This document shows positions 27,567 to 41,900 of a DNA stretch of 64,000 bases, piece after piece (positions within the stretch are counted from its first letter, which is position 1; every line of letters begins with the position of its first letter). The notes under the pieces are model-generated. The model did no database searches. It was not told the DNA's origin and saw only the letters and a program-made list of their open reading frames with translations. Both the position numbers and the translations under genes were made by a program. This stretch comes from Octopus bimaculoides (lineage: Eukaryota): the NCBI RefSeq assembly GCF_001194135.2, contig NC_068986.1, positions 69,841,352 to 69,905,351 on the forward strand, written 5' to 3'.

Positions 27567-28777
27567 CGAGTTGGTATCAAAATGTTCCCGGACTAGTTCT
27601 GTCGCGCGCCAACAGATGGCGGTACACGATAGTGTGTGCAGTGAGAGCTAGCAGTGACTCATGAGGCAGTGTGCCGAGTAGCATCGCTATGTTTATTTCG
27701 CAAGTTGTGAAATTTGTGTTTTTGTGATCACGTGTATGCTGTACTCTGCGGTTTTATCATGGATTTGCGTTAAACCTGGGAAGTTTGAGAAAGCTTACGG
27801 CGACGAAGAAATGGGCCATACGCAATGTTTCGAGTGACATAGGCGCTCCAAAAGCAGAAGAACGTCCTCTGGAAGACCTACCACAAGTGTCACCCCCGGA
27901 AATGTGGAGAAAATTCATCAACTTGTGCATGAGGATCATCGACATTAACGACATTGCTGATGTTGTTGGTCTGTGATATGGGCCCGTGCAGGCAATCCTA
28001 ACGTCTGAATTAAACATGCGGCATGTCTCTGCCAAGTTGTCTCCCGCTTGCGACCACTGAGCTCAAATAACATCGCGTCTGTTAAGATCTGTCTACATCT
28101 CCATCAGTGTGCTGCTGATGACCCATCCTTCATGTCGAGGATCATCATCGGTAACGAGAGTTGGGTCTATGGGTACGACTCTGAGAAGAAGCAGCAGTCG
28201 TCGAAATGGAAGAGCCCTTCACGACCAAGGAAGGCACGACAGAGTCGCAGCTCAATCAAGAGCATGCTCATAATATTTTTTTTTTGCGACATCTGTGGTA
28301 TTGTGGATCGAGAATTCGTCCCCCAAGGCCAGATCGCCAATCGAGAGTTCTACTGCGACATTTTGAAGCGTTTGAGAGAGACCATTTTGTGAAAGAGACC
28401 GGATCTGTGGAGCGCGAAGAATTGGGTACTTTACGATGATAACGCACCGTCGTCGAGCACTCCTCACTCCTAAGTTTCTCTCCTAAACAGCATGATAACG
28501 CTTCTGCACCCACTCTATTCACCAGATTTAGCACCTGCACACTTCCATCTCTTCCCCCAAGATGAAAATGCCACTCAAAGGTCGCCGTTTTAATACTGTT
28601 GCCGAGATCCAGAGCGAATCACAGAATGTCCTCGATTCACTTACGAAAAACGACTTCCACGCCGGATTCCAAATGCGGCAGGTGACTATTTCGAAGAAGA
28701 TGATGTTAAAACTTGTGTAAATAAGTTTTTTCTTTTATCAAACACAACTAGTCCGGGAACGGTTTCATACTACCTCA
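27567..28777 (+). mobile_element. Full-length decayed mariner (Tc1/mariner) transposon, 1211 bp
   Basis: 32-bp imperfect TIRs share the core GTTCCCGGACTAGTT, with TA at 27565-66 and 28778-79. Frameshifted transposase: IIGNESWVYGYDSEKKQQSSKW, SMLIIFFFCDICGIV, DDNAP, YSPDLAPAHFHLFP. Confidence 0.92.
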
Positions 28778-30437
28778 TAGTTGTTGAAAATCTGCAGTTG
28801 ATAAAAACTATGGGAATGTCTTTCATTTTTCTCTACTTACTAGTTTGTTATAATATATAGTAAGCAGTCAATAATATAACTGTTTTAATATATAAAACCA
28901 ATTTTTCTAAGGATAATAAGACTACAGATCTGCCTCCTAGATCTTTAATGATTGAGTAGATGTATGCATAGATATTTAGATAACTGCTTATAAAGGTGCA
29001 TTGAATACAATGATTAGAGCAAACAATAATTATAAAAAAATATTAAAAAACCCCAGTCATAAACATTTTTCTGCAATACAAATGTTATTTAAGTGTTTCG
29101 AAAATTTACTACAACCCTCGCAAAATACTATGAATCTTAAGTCACAGGGAAGAAAGTCATCAGTTAAATGATGTAAACCGAACAACATAAGGAGCAATCT
29201 TGAGTGTTAATGGTGAAAAGGTGACCAAGTTATTCTATTAAATAATGTAGAATATTAATCCAAGTTAGATCTAAAGCAATATAGTCATCGTTCTAGCTTT
29301 CACACGAATGTAAATATCGAAAACATTTCTCGCATACCTTTGTTAGGAAAGTGTTAAACTCCAGGAAAAACATTCTTGAGAATCATAGCAGAGGTTATAC
29401 TGTCTATCTTCTCAGTACACACAATTTTACAGCAGATTAACCTGTAGAATATAAATGAGGCGCATGACAAAGAATGCAATAACAAGAAACGCAAAAAGCT
29501 CCAAATGGATGCTAAAATTAATTAAAGGATTAAAGCTAACGGAGAAAGAAATATAGAAAACTATAGATCATGCACTTCTCTATTCTATAAAGTGTGCATG
29601 GAACTGCGAGTCCGTGTTTTTGTGAGTATGAGTATGAAAATACTTTTCAATAAACATTTTTGTCACATATTTCATCTGATGGCAATTATCTCCTTTCGAT
29701 CAACGTAACAACCAAAGTATTCACCGTAGTTTTAAAACCATCAACATCAAGGCAACAGATACCTTCACTGGAATAGTCTATGAAACACCAGAAATCTTTT
29801 ATTTCAGTCCCGTACTCAATTGCATGTTGGGATTTCTGTTGAAAGGTTTAGTAGCAGATCAATATTTCTATAAGTAACGATCGTTCACCCGTACTTCAGA
29901 TAAGGCCGATCTGAAGCAAAATAATAACTACAACAACAGCAGTATCAACAATAATAATAACAACAACAACAACAGATGCACTACAACAACAGCAGTATCA
30001 ACAATAATAATAACAACAACAACAACAGATGTAACTTAAATTGCAAATAATGCTTTTCATCAAGGTATACTCCTTTGATTTCCTAGTGGCTAACAAATAA
30101 AGGACCTTCGTTTAGGGATAAAACATTCTGAACTTAGATATCCACATTATTTCAATAATCCTTCAAATGCTCAAAACACTTCTGAAGATTTTTTTTTTTT
30201 TTTTGTTCCTAAGAGGCAAACTTTCTGGAGAACTTCTACAGAGCAGGCACTCCATTCCAATCTCTTTCATCCATTTGTCTGTATCATTACTCACAGTCCC
30301 CATTATATCAACTGTCACAGACACAGGTTTTATGGATTTCATCATCATCATCACTACCATCATCATCATCATCATCATCATCATCGTTCTCATTCTTATT
30401 ATTTATATATTTATTTATCTATTTTTTTTTATTTCAG

Positions 30438-30591
30438 TTACGCTAACTGGAGCGTTGCAGTGTCCCAAAGATTTTACCCAGAAAACAACCGAATGTTTAG
30501 CAGATTATACAAGAGAATTGAATAATGTTGAAAATAATGAGTACAAACTATTAACTGGAATTGAAGTTGAAGCTATCAGAGCATTTTGCAG
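30438..30591 (+). CDS. Coding exon 2 (phase 1 to 2) of the Cys-rich secreted protein gene
   Basis: Acceptor TTTTTTTTTATTTCAG, donor AG|GTATAT. 154 nt encoding TLTGALQCPKDFTQKTTECLADYTRELNNVENNEYKLLTGIEVEAIRAFC. Splices in frame to 53563. Confidence 0.8.
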
Positions 30592-31799
30592 GTATATATA
30601 TATATATGTTAACAAATTTTTTCTCAGATACGAATTCGTTTCAATCTTGTATTTTAAGGCTGGTCTAAACATGTTTATCACACTTCTTAATACATTTTCT
30701 TAGAAGTCGTTTTGAATGAGTGTTGCTAATTCAAACTCAAGGATAGCTCTAGCATTTAATGATACAAAAATATAATAGACAAAAGACATCATCAATTTTT
30801 AAAAAGTCACAAGCTAGATGTATTCATACATTAGAAACCAAAATAACGTCTTTTGTGTTCAAATTTTAAAAAAATGAATTTTATTCACATTTGGCAGTCT
30901 TATTTGAATTTATGTTTTAGTTGCTTCAGTGTAATTTTTTCATGTCGTATATACTAGATGAATTAAAAACCTAATCGGGTACAACTGAGAGAAGATTATA
31001 TAACCAATCAAGAAATAACAAGAATTTGTTATTAGTCTAATGTACAAAGTCTCTCCATATTAGATTAAGACAGTTCATCCCCACATATGAGTGTTAATTG
31101 AGATATTTAGATGACGGGAAAAAGTAGAGCTTTTCTAGAAATAGCAAACATTTACATCTTTTTCTTACTAGAGGAATGAATAGTATCCATGGTTTTTATA
31201 GGCCCTCCTAGATCAGTGAAACTGAAGTCATCAACGTTTATTTTGAACGTTTGCAAATCGAAAACTGCGGGAAAGATATAGGTGGAGAGGAAATTCCAGA
31301 GAGCCGGCATTGGGGAATGAAACACCGGACGTAGTGATTAGTGTTACGTCTGGTGGGGTTGAGGCACCAAAAAAAAAAATGAGAAGAAATGTGGTGGGTG
31401 GGCTGGTAATGCTTGAGTTAATTTGAGTCGAATCAGTTTTGAATAGCAAAGACTCTTATAATACTGGTAGAAAAGTAAGGGAGAGGAGGAAGCGTACCTC
31501 ATCTCTTCACTTTTACCAGAGAATGGAATATGCCTGAGGGTGACGACTTTGTGCTAATCAGCCGGATTATCCTATACTAGATGAGGTCTAGGATATACGC
31601 GTATGCGGCATCAACGGTGTTCTAGACGTAATATTTCATGGTAGGCCTCACCTAAGCTCACAAAGTAAAAGTATGACTAATTGTTGTAGTCTGAACGGTT
31701 TTTGTTTTGGGGGTTAAGGTTCCATGACAATGGAGATAGATATATAGAAAGATACGTAGGTAAATGAGTTGATAGACAGATAGATAGATTGCTGGGTTC

Positions 31800-32065
31800 A
31801 AATATCATTTGCAAACCTATGGAAAACGAACCTCCACCAACTATTCTGCCTATATGTCTGTCCACACTTTTGAATGCAGTGTATGCCAGAAGGTTTGCAA
31901 ATCTAACAGAAGCCTCAAAAGAGATTTTAGGATCCACAATGATCAGAACTTTTGTGCAGTTCTTGATGGTCCAAATCGGATAAGCAATCTATGTGGGTGT
32001 CTTGTCAGAACATTGTCTGGTTTAAAAAGCCATATCAGATGCCTTGATAGTTCTAAGGTGTAGGT
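31800..32065 (+). mobile_element. RTE-type LINE C-terminal zinc-finger remnant
   Basis: FECSVCQKVCKSNRSLKRDFRIH and LCGCLVRTLSGLKSHIR are two degenerate C2H2-like motifs of the kind ending RTE ORFs. No exon-like splice signals were noted. Confidence 0.55.
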
Positions 32066-32110
32066 ACAGGAGGTGGTCAAACTCTGCATAAGGAGTAAAC
32101 AACCAGCACC

Positions 32111-32150
<40 letters not shown>

Positions 32151-32177
32151 NNNNNNNNNNNNNNNNNNNNNNNNNNN

Positions 32178-32234
<57 letters not shown>

Positions 32235-34727
32235 GGTGTAAGGTGTGGTGTACAGATATTAAATATAGAGAAAAAAGGTCGCCAGCATTTTGGAATAAAA
32301 TCTTTTTATTTTTAGTTATTAGCGCTTTCGTTCGTTTCTCGAACTTGTCAAATAGAATTTTGTGAATGTACAAACAGTTTGTTCATTTATATAAAAGAGA
32401 TGTTTTTTTTTGTGGGGAAAGTTGTTTAGAAGAGGAGAACATTGTTTTCGTTTTCTTGGGTGAGGTTCCTCTATAATATTAAGTATTGTATGTGAACTGG
32501 CTGTAGTGTAATGTTGGCATCAATATTTTTATGATATTTATAAGAGATCAAACAATATTACCAGGACAACATTAAATTAATATCTTGATAACTGTCTTGT
32601 CAGTAAACAAGCTTATTCATCTCAGACTTTTTCAACTTTTAACCTTTCGCTGTTGCTTAGATCAACATTTCATTTAATGGAATGAAATTACTATAACGAA
32701 AGAATAAAATTTACATAAATGAAAGTAATTCGTAGTAAAATTGAGTACACATGAAAGAAATGTCTGAAAATATAGAAGTGAAACAACCATGTCCTTTCTG
32801 AAAATATAGTACATGGTGCGTACCATCAGTTGCTTGTAAAGTTTCAAAAAAATTTTTTTTTTCTTATTCATGAAGTTCTGTAATTCGAAGTCAGCGAAGA
32901 TATTGAGCATTTCTCTTAATATTCTGGGAAGTAAATCCCTAGCCTGAAACCTTCCTCGATAAATACTCACCGCGTATCCAATTTTACAGATTGATGTTAA
33001 GGCACTAATAGCTATTGCGATCAGCATAATCATTAGAATCACATACTGTCTATTCAAATGCTTAGCTTTGTATCTCATTTAACAAATGTTAGTATGGTTT
33101 AGAAAAAAAGACATCCTGATTAAGTTAGTTTCTCAAAATCGCTAAATAATTGAATCGCTAAATAATTGAATCGCTAAATAATTCCCAGAAACATTATCTC
33201 ATAATGTGAGCATATTTTAGATTTTGCTGTGAATATTTTGCAGGATAAAATGGAACAGCGAATAATTGGGTAATATATTATTGGGAAAGAAGTTGTAAAA
33301 TCACACTGATTCAGCTTTTAAAGAGAAAAATACTCTTCAGTGGAAATAAAATATATTAACTCTAACAAGCAGTAATGCATCGACTTACGAACAATTTAGT
33401 AGCGTTCTGACGTAGGTCTTACACGTGTATCACCAGAACTTACTTTGTTGTTGTACCGGAAAGATAATAATTATACAGAATAATTAGATCTAAAGAATGC
33501 GCCAATATGAGTTACGACAAAAATTACTGATGCTTTGCAGATCCTTTGCGGATTTAATCTTGATAATAAAACTTCGACTGGATGCGTGAATAAAGATATA
33601 GGCGACTCATGACGAAAATTGAATTGAAAGATAGTCGTAAAGATAAAATATATCAAAGTAAAAATAACAGCTTTGATTTAGAGCATCGATGAGAAAGTAC
33701 TGGACATATCGATAAATAATTCAATATATGAGGGTCTCTGTGATGCTGAAGGAAATGGGTCTATTGATTTATGAAAGGAATCTCTGATGGATTTCAATAA
33801 GTTTTAGCGTAGATTCTATTTGTGTTATCATTCATTAGAATCACTTGGGTGTAAAAGCAACCAAAACATCCAATAAGTTGGTTAAAAATCCTCTGTAATT
33901 ATTAAATGTTTGCGATGAATTTCCTATTATTCCGAAAAGGACTGTACCGAAATAAAACGTTATTCCATGCTTTATTCACTCTTGGATATAATCTATGATT
34001 TGAGAAATGTATGCCTATTGCCTTTCGTATATAATATAAGAAACAATGAGGAATATTCACACTGAATGATCAGAGAGCAAAGATGGGAAATTATCAATAA
34101 TAGGCACTTGTTGATATAGTCTCAAAGACAAAGAACGTTATACGATTGTTTGGTTTAAGAGAATCCTTTGTTGTTTTGAACAACAAAACCTGTATAGAAG
34201 TGTTATGTACCATTAATACGAACAAAGCCAGTTTAATGGGAAAAGTCATCTATGCATTTGAATATAAATTTTAGATGTTAAGATACGCGTGAGGCATGTT
34301 ATCGTATAAAATATTTGAAACTTCCAGGGAGTCACTTGCTGTTCCTGCTATAACTACTTAAGATGATACTGCTAATTTTACTTAATTTTTAAATATAAAA
34401 ATATCCAGTAAAGCAAGGATAAATTAAGAAGTTCAAAAATTTTAATATTCAATAAGTAATTGGCTCACATATTTTTCTTCTCTCATATTAGTTGATAACT
34501 GAAATAGTTGCACCAAAACGTGTTTCATTAAAAACTACTGTATTATGGAAAAATTATATTTCCAGAGGAAAGAAAACAGTATAAAAAATATTGGTTCAAA
34601 GCCTACAATGGATAAAAACATGGAATCAAAGGGTGGTCGCTCTTAGTTGCTTAGATAAAATTAAATTGTTATCGGTTATTGAGCTAAGTTTTTCTGTACA
34701 CCGATTAGGTAATATTACTTAGATAGG

Positions 34728-34900
34728 GCGTCGAGCAGGCAGAATCGTTAGCACGCCGGAGAAAATGCTTAGCGGGCGCATTTCGTTCGTCTTTACATTC
34801 TAAGTTCAAATTTAACCGAGATCGACTTTGCCTTTCATCCTTTCGGAGTGGATAAAATAAGTACCATTTAATTGCTGGCCTTGTGCCAAAATCTGAAATC
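34728..34900 (+). mobile_element. SINE family A, near full length
   Basis: GGCGTCGAGCAGGCAGAATCGTTAGC...TTCAAATTT...GACTTTGCCTTTCATCCTTTCGG...GGCCTTGTGCCAAAATCTGAAA. Confidence 0.85.
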
Positions 34901-35703
34901 AGTATTACTTACATAGATACTTTTGTTCACTGTTGCAATAAAATTGTCTCTGATGAGGAATCAGATGAATTGTTGAGGTAAAATGCATAACAAATCAATA
35001 AATCCTCTGCTTTCATGCGGAGCACCTTGTTCCGGTCCCCTTAGCTGAGTTCATTTCTTCACAGAAAGGGTTTAGGTCTCAAAATCTAACACTTGAAGGT
35101 CGCATTTTAAATGATCGAACAATCAGAATATCGAAATCTTAAAAAAGCCGAAACTCAGAATACTAAACGCCATTATGTTAAAAAAAGAAGCTCCAAATTT
35201 TAAAATACTTTAAAACAATAAACTCGTAACACTTGTAAAAGACATTTCCATCCAGTAGAAAGGTAAGTTCATTTGAGAAAATATATTGTAACATATACTG
35301 ACAACAAGTGAAACTGTATTGCAGGAACACGATATCGAAGACATAAGCGAGAACATATACTTTTTATTTATTGAATATTCTCGTTCTTTAAATTTCATCA
35401 TTATTGTCTTTACTCTTTTGTTTTTACTTTTGTCTTTCAATACAGACATAAACACGCCGAATAGTCACATTTTTGAGAGTCCGAAATTAGACTCGTACAC
35501 TTGTTTATCTTTCTTTGCCTTAAGATTTTCACTGTGTAATAGAAATATAGAAACTTCGGCCTTTTGATTGGTTGACGTGTTTTGATTCGTATTGAGAGTG
35601 TGTACTAATAGAATTAACGAACAGAAATATTCGATAAATAAACCATTTTCTCTTATATATATGATATCGTATCCCTGTTTATGTGTTATTTTTCATACTT
35701 AGG

Positions 35704-36298
35704 AGTAATGTTTGTCCCCTTTTATACATGGCTATTGCCTAGGAACGGATGTTACTGTTATTTTTAATCCCAAAGAGTCGCCTCCTCCAGCTGGTTATTC
35801 GGTGCAATATGCACCCGATATACATTGCAAGCGGGGAGATAACTCCTGTCATCTTCTAGCTACGAGACCACCAAAGCATACCGTTACGACCACTTTGTGA
35901 TCATCCTCGATGACAGATATCTGTCCGCTAGACGTAGTAGTGGTTCACTCCAGCTCATAATATATAGAAAATAAGTGGCATTGGCATACGGTCATTGATC
36001 TTGCAACAAGTAAATTAACTAGTTAAGAAAAATCTCTGTAAAAGATGGAGTTTACTGAGAAATAATGTTTACCGCCACCCGATGAGTACCCACAGCGAAG
36101 ATGATCACAAAGAGGTCGAAACCGTTAAGGGCTGGTGGTCTCGTAACTAGAAGATGGCAGGAGTTATCTCCCCGCTTGCAATATATAGGGTGTAGATTGC
36201 ACCGAATAACCAGCTGGAGGAAGCGTCCTCCTGGAGTTAAAAATAGTAGTAACGTCCGTTCCAAGGGACAGTCATGTATAAGTGGCGATAAGTATTAC
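35704..36298. mobile_element. Palindromic MITE-like element with about 200-bp inverted arms
   Basis: 35704-35912 is the reverse complement of about 36094-36298 (e.g. CCAGCTGGTTATTCGGTGCAAT; TTGCAAGCGGGGAGATAACTCCTG). Confidence 0.8.
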
Positions 36299-38929
36299 TT
36301 CTCAGTAGAAATACTACTTTCATCTCTATAAGGGATGAAAACAGTATTTATACTAATTTAACTAGCTAACTTGCTTGTGTTTATACTTGCTTTTAGCCTG
36401 ATTTTCATATTATTTTTTTGTCAAATCTTTCAAAATTCAGAATTTTAAAATGTTAACATTATGACTATCAGTTTTCGGTCTTTCGGGGTTTTAGTATTCT
36501 AATTTTTTTGATAATTTGAAATTTGAACTTCTTGCGTTCCAATTTATGACAAACGCAGTACAGGATATACTCATAGGATATGTTCAGCTCGCATCTTAGC
36601 TAATGAAATATTTGTCAGTTTGCTTGAATGACGTCTTACTTTAGTATCCTGTACTTCTCAATAATACTGTTAAAATTATTATATAATCGGCACAGAGAAC
36701 GGAGTTCATTAAAATCTGTTCAAAGAATATCAGGTGTATGACTGAACAGTGTTTATTTTAAGTGAATTACAACTGAATTACTTAGGAAGTAGCAGAGTTG
36801 TTGTTGTTGTTGTTTTGTTGTTGTTTTTTGTTTTTTTTAGATTTCATTTTTCGTTTAAATAATATTCAATGGTAATAGTAATTCAAATAGCTGACTATTG
36901 TAATGAGCATTACTTCGTGATCAGAAATATTCTTTAAAAAACACTTGCGAGATGTTGACGATTAATCTATAACATATCAAAATGAGAGTTTCTATTCACA
37001 GCAAAGAAATGAGAACCTTTCTACGTTGATAAAAGTTCACCAATATTAGACATGATAATACTTGTCTGGTTTGCACGAACCTTATCTTTTTGTTTTAACG
37101 TGTATGTATATATGTGTATGTATGTACGTATGTGTGAATATGTATGTATTATAGCTGTGCATTTCATATTTTTGACAAATTTTGCTTCATTTACCTAGAT
37201 GTATTTGTATTTATCATGGTAAAGTTACAGCGTTTACTTAAGTTAACTATTTTTTAAAAACTCTTTTTCAAGCTATTTAAGTTCAGGACTTTACTGTCAT
37301 TCTTCTTCGTCGATTGGTTATACCCAACATCGCCTTTTGTTGTGGGAGCCTGCATTTCCTGGCTCGTCATGATAGAAATCATATATATGCAAATGTAATA
37401 AGGCTGTGACGTCTGGAAAACTGTGAATTAGGATAACTACAAATACCAACACAGAACGGAAAGGTTGCTATGCACAAAACCTAACGAAGAACGACGCATG
37501 CGCGCGCACACACACACACACACACATGTATGTGTGCGTGCGTGTGTGTGTGTAACACATGCGAGTGAATCTGTGTTGTAAATGATAACCTATGGAATTA
37601 ATATTTTTCTTAAGCACTCTTTATTATTAGGTTGTTTTTCAACACTCACATATTAAAAATACTATTTTTGGCTACACAAAGTAATCCTTTTATAGAAGTG
37701 CCTTTGGATACTGAAGCATAGAGATTTTTAATTAATCATGTCATTATTTTATTTATAACTTTCACTTGAAAAAGATGGAGATAATGAAATAACTAAAAAC
37801 AGTAATATAGCTACGTTCACCTCGTCGTTCCTCTCTAGTTCTCTTCCCTTGTTTAAACCTAGTTCTCACTTCCACTCTATTTAATGACTGGTTATCAAAA
37901 GGACGGGAATTATACTCATTTAGTTACTAATTTTTTTCTCAAATTTTCAACGAATAGCATAGAAATTAGAAAGTATAATCTACAAAATAAATGCGGAAAT
38001 ATAAAGAGGTGTCCATTCTTAATAAGGAAATATTTGAGTATACTATTATGATATCTATATTGGAAGTAACAAAGTAACTTGAGTACTATTCAGATATTAG
38101 TTACCTCAATGAAGTCTTTAAGCAGAATCAGCGTGACATCCGGTGTGACAAGTTTGAATCTCCGAATAACTGTTGAATTCCATTCGATTGAGTCCACATA
38201 TTTTTCGCTTACCCAGTCTTATTCATAAAGCCTGTGTCAAGTCAATGCTATAGCAGGAACGACTTGCTTGTAGTGCTGAACAGTGGGATTGAACCCGAAC
38301 CCGTCACGTCACCACTGCGAACCGAAATTCTTTAGTAGTGCGCTTTATATGAACATGTGGAGTCAGGCATGCCATCAGGATAATCGGTTCCGCATGTACT
38401 CTAGAATATCAGGCTTCTGTGTACTTTTGTTATTGTGTTTTATTATAAACAAATTTTATGAACGAGATATTTACATAAAAGTGTACTTTAAAAAAAATGT
38501 CCTTTCTTTACTACATAAAAGGATTTCTGCTTTGTTTTTTTTTTGTTTTTGTTTTTTTCGGGAAGATCAAACGCCTACCAAAGTTCTTCAGTAATTGTTG
38601 AGGAGGAAAGCCTGTTCATTGTCAACATTAATATCCTTCTGAATAGAAACAATACGGCAACGATATATTTTACTGTTAGTCATTTGTTGAATATCTCAAT
38701 ACTGCTAAAAGCTACAGCCATATACTACTTTATCTGTCATAGTAGTTCAGCAATCTGCTTAAGTCGTAAGTCTATTGTCAAATTTAATAGTCTGTTAAAT
38801 TTCTCTTCCATTCATGTCAGAAAAGACTAAAAGATTAATGAAAACAGCATTCTTCACTATATATCTCCTGTCACTCGTAACCACCCCTTTTTATTTTTGG
38901 TTTCGTTTTCAAGTCAGTGCTTTCTCTGT

Positions 38930-38930
38930 C

Positions 38931-38996
<66 letters not shown>
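38930..38996. repeat. (TC)n microsatellite
   Basis: Read directly. Confidence 0.95.
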
Positions 38997-38997
<1 letters not shown>

Positions 38998-41900
38998 AAA
39001 AACATTTCTGTTTTTTGTTCCTTACTTGATAAAAAAAAGTAGAAAATTTCATAGGCTTTAAAACGAGGGGTGCCACGGATTATCAATTCTATACAAGTTT
39101 TCTACTATAGGTTTACAAGACTGTTATTAATTCACTTCTCTCAAGCTGTAATCGTTTTACTCGTAGTGTGAGAAAAAAGCCTTGCTATAGCTAGCTGTCT
39201 TCTGTAACATCTTCAGAATATGGAATTTTAAAGTATTTTCATATGATTTCAACGTCTAGATGTAAATTATACATGAATTAAATTTAAGGAAGCAATTAAT
39301 GTCGAGCCAGGCTGTCTAACCCTGTGGTCCACGACCTTTTGTAGCTCAATACCCCCTTCCAATGTTTTGATAAAAGGAAACTAGATTATTTTAATCAAAC
39401 AGAAGCTAATTTTGCACTGTAGTTTTCTATATGTTCTTATACTACCACATCCAGCCCGTACTACTCTTTGGGCATTTGCATAGACAAATGCCTCCCGTGT
39501 AAAATTTTTAGCGAAATTACAAAAGAAGAAATAAATTTATACAATGAAATTACACTAAATTTTAGGAATTGATAACCCAATCTCCCACTCAGATTCTTTT
39601 GTTAGCAAAATATAACTTTCTGTGTACAAAATTAATAAGAGCGTCACTAAGTGTCAAGATGTATCATTATAATCGAGAATAATTATTCATAGACATCACA
39701 TGCAGGAAAACATTAGTCCTGAGTTATTGTAGTTAGCTTCCTCCTACATAAGCATTGTTGATTAATTAGGTTTTGTATCACTACATTAAGTATCGTGACA
39801 CTACATTAACTGGCACTTGAAAGTGCACTCAGCGTAACAGTAAAACAATATTTGCTGAATTTAAGTAAGATTCGAATCTGTACGCATTCTGTTTGAAATA
39901 TATGGTGAACCCTACAGGACGGAAATCCTTCTCCGTATTTCCTTGCTTGTTGTTAGTCTTGATAAACTTGCTATTCATACTTCCTAGAAATTGTATACGC
40001 ATAACTATGGAAATCCATGAGAAGAAATTTCAGTCTATGATATAATGCAATAACAATGTTACTTGTATATGCGTAGTGGTATCGCATTTTATATTGGATA
40101 TTATTGCGATTTTGTTTAGTAAAATGATTACCAATAAACCAGTCACATGGGATGCGAACATGAATATCATCGGTCTCAGAGGGCCTGCAAAGTCATAGGC
40201 ACTACTTCTTCCTCTATACTGAGCAAGTAACAAAAATCACTTTTCTTAACAAGTGCATTTGTGACAATTAATAATATGTTCTCAGAAAACATTAGTTTAC
40301 CAAAGATATAGATTTGTTTTATCGATAAGTATGGATATATTTTACCCTTTATATTTTCCATCTGTTCTCAAAAGCAAATTTCGGTTGCCTAACGTATCGA
40401 TTTCAAATGTCTTCCTATGTTTAAGCGACTCACGTGTACCTCAGTAAGTATCTGATGGTATTGAGACGCACCTTTTTCCAAAACATCGGTCTTTGTCATT
40501 TAAGTATAAGGCCAAGGTTTCCTTTATTTGTGAATGAACGTTCACAGACTGCAATGTCCCGTAAACTTTACAACAGGCGCTTCTCTAATCGAATGTATTT
40601 TCTAAAGCTAACAATGTTTATACATAACGCTTACTTTCAAAAATAGCACCATTTAGGAAGAAAATTGACAAGGTGTTAAACATACTAGCAATCATTTATA
40701 TACTAAAGCTAGCGATCATCAAGGAAAGACATCCTCGCAAAACATTATCATTTTTTGCAATGTTTGTTTAATTGATAGATACAAACATTCAAGTTCAAAA
40801 TTTTAAAATTGCCAGTACCCCAACATATTGAAGTCACAGAGAAGACATGTCTTCACAGCTGCTTATATAAGTATTACCATTTACTGAACTTTGTACCAGA
40901 TATTACAATATCTGTACATCTGAACTATGTCAGAGAGTGATATTGAATGCGATGATTGACAGAAAGAGAATAGTGTAACACATTTTAAAACTTCTCTTCT
41001 AATATTTTCAGAAACCAAATCAAAGTCACTCATCCTCATGTCTCAAGCCATTGACTATTTACTTTTGTTTATTCCAAATTAAGTGTTCTGTATAATAACG
41101 GATACAAATCGCTTCATAGAATGTGAATAAAAGTAAAAGAGCAAACAGGACAAAACTAGGGCATTTTACCAATATGATATAAAATCCGATAATAATAGCT
41201 AATAGTTGATTTAACCCAAATTTATATACGTATCTTTCAAATTTTACTTGTACATTGTAATTCGTGTAATTTTCACGACAAAAAATTGTATGCTAAATAC
41301 CCCTCCAATTTCTCAATCAACAAATATAGGTGTTTTATGAAATGAATCTATGTTCAGGAATATTTTAGAGTTTAATGTGATATACAGTGTGGATGTTACT
41401 CACAGAAGGCTTAGCATCTTTTTGTCAGATGTAATGAGATCTCACAATGATCTGAATATGTGAAACATTTAAACGACTTGATCTTGAAGAGGGCTACGAA
41501 TGTCAAGCAAAAGCATTATTTTTTCTATTTCAATGAAGAGCTTTCTATAATTGCAGTGTGTATTATAAGCTAATACGCCTGTACATAGTTAAATACGTTA
41601 CTTATTGAAGAACATAGCTAAGTACCAATAAGAGGATTTGACATGTCAACAACTATACTAATCTTATCAATTTCCGTAGCTTGTGAAATATTTTCTTTGT
41701 TACTAAGCAAAATAGCGAGTTCAACAGGAAATGCAATAGTACAATGTTCAATTCTTATTCGAAAGTTTCTAGAAATTGAAGCTGCAAATCTCCCTCAAAT
41801 AACACCCAACTACTGTCTAGAAAAAAAGATACATTGGATAATGTAGCTCTAGGTTTCTTATATTTATGCAAACAGGTTAGATGGTCATGACTGGAATTCC

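Noticed and set aside
30167-30703. The 178-aa track ORF as a single-exon membrane protein
   Set aside because: The hydrophobic parts are (CAT)n and T-rich intron sequence. Only 30438-30591 is bounded by splice sites.
31809-32063. Host C2H2 zinc-finger gene
   Set aside because: Fingers are degenerate (His replaced), there is no TGEKP linker or exon structure, and the pattern fits an RTE ORF terminus.
32674-33078. 134-aa hydrophobic - strand ORF as a GPCR or chemoreceptor fragment
   Set aside because: No conserved receptor motifs; composition is expected for AT-rich intron.
33134-33183. 16-bp unit AATCGCTAAATAATTG repeated three times (similar 40-bp x3 at about 60005-60125)
   Set aside because: Ordinary slippage duplication with no further structure.
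34958-34970. Other CTGATGA hits (about 28115, 34959, 46215, 47727, 58776)
   Set aside because: No properly spaced GAAA, stem III or NUH site; expected by chance.
38113-38215. - strand frame DWVSEKYVDSIEWNSTVIRRFKLVTPD... with a GTAACT donor
   Set aside because: An in-frame TAA lies immediately upstream and there is no usable acceptor.
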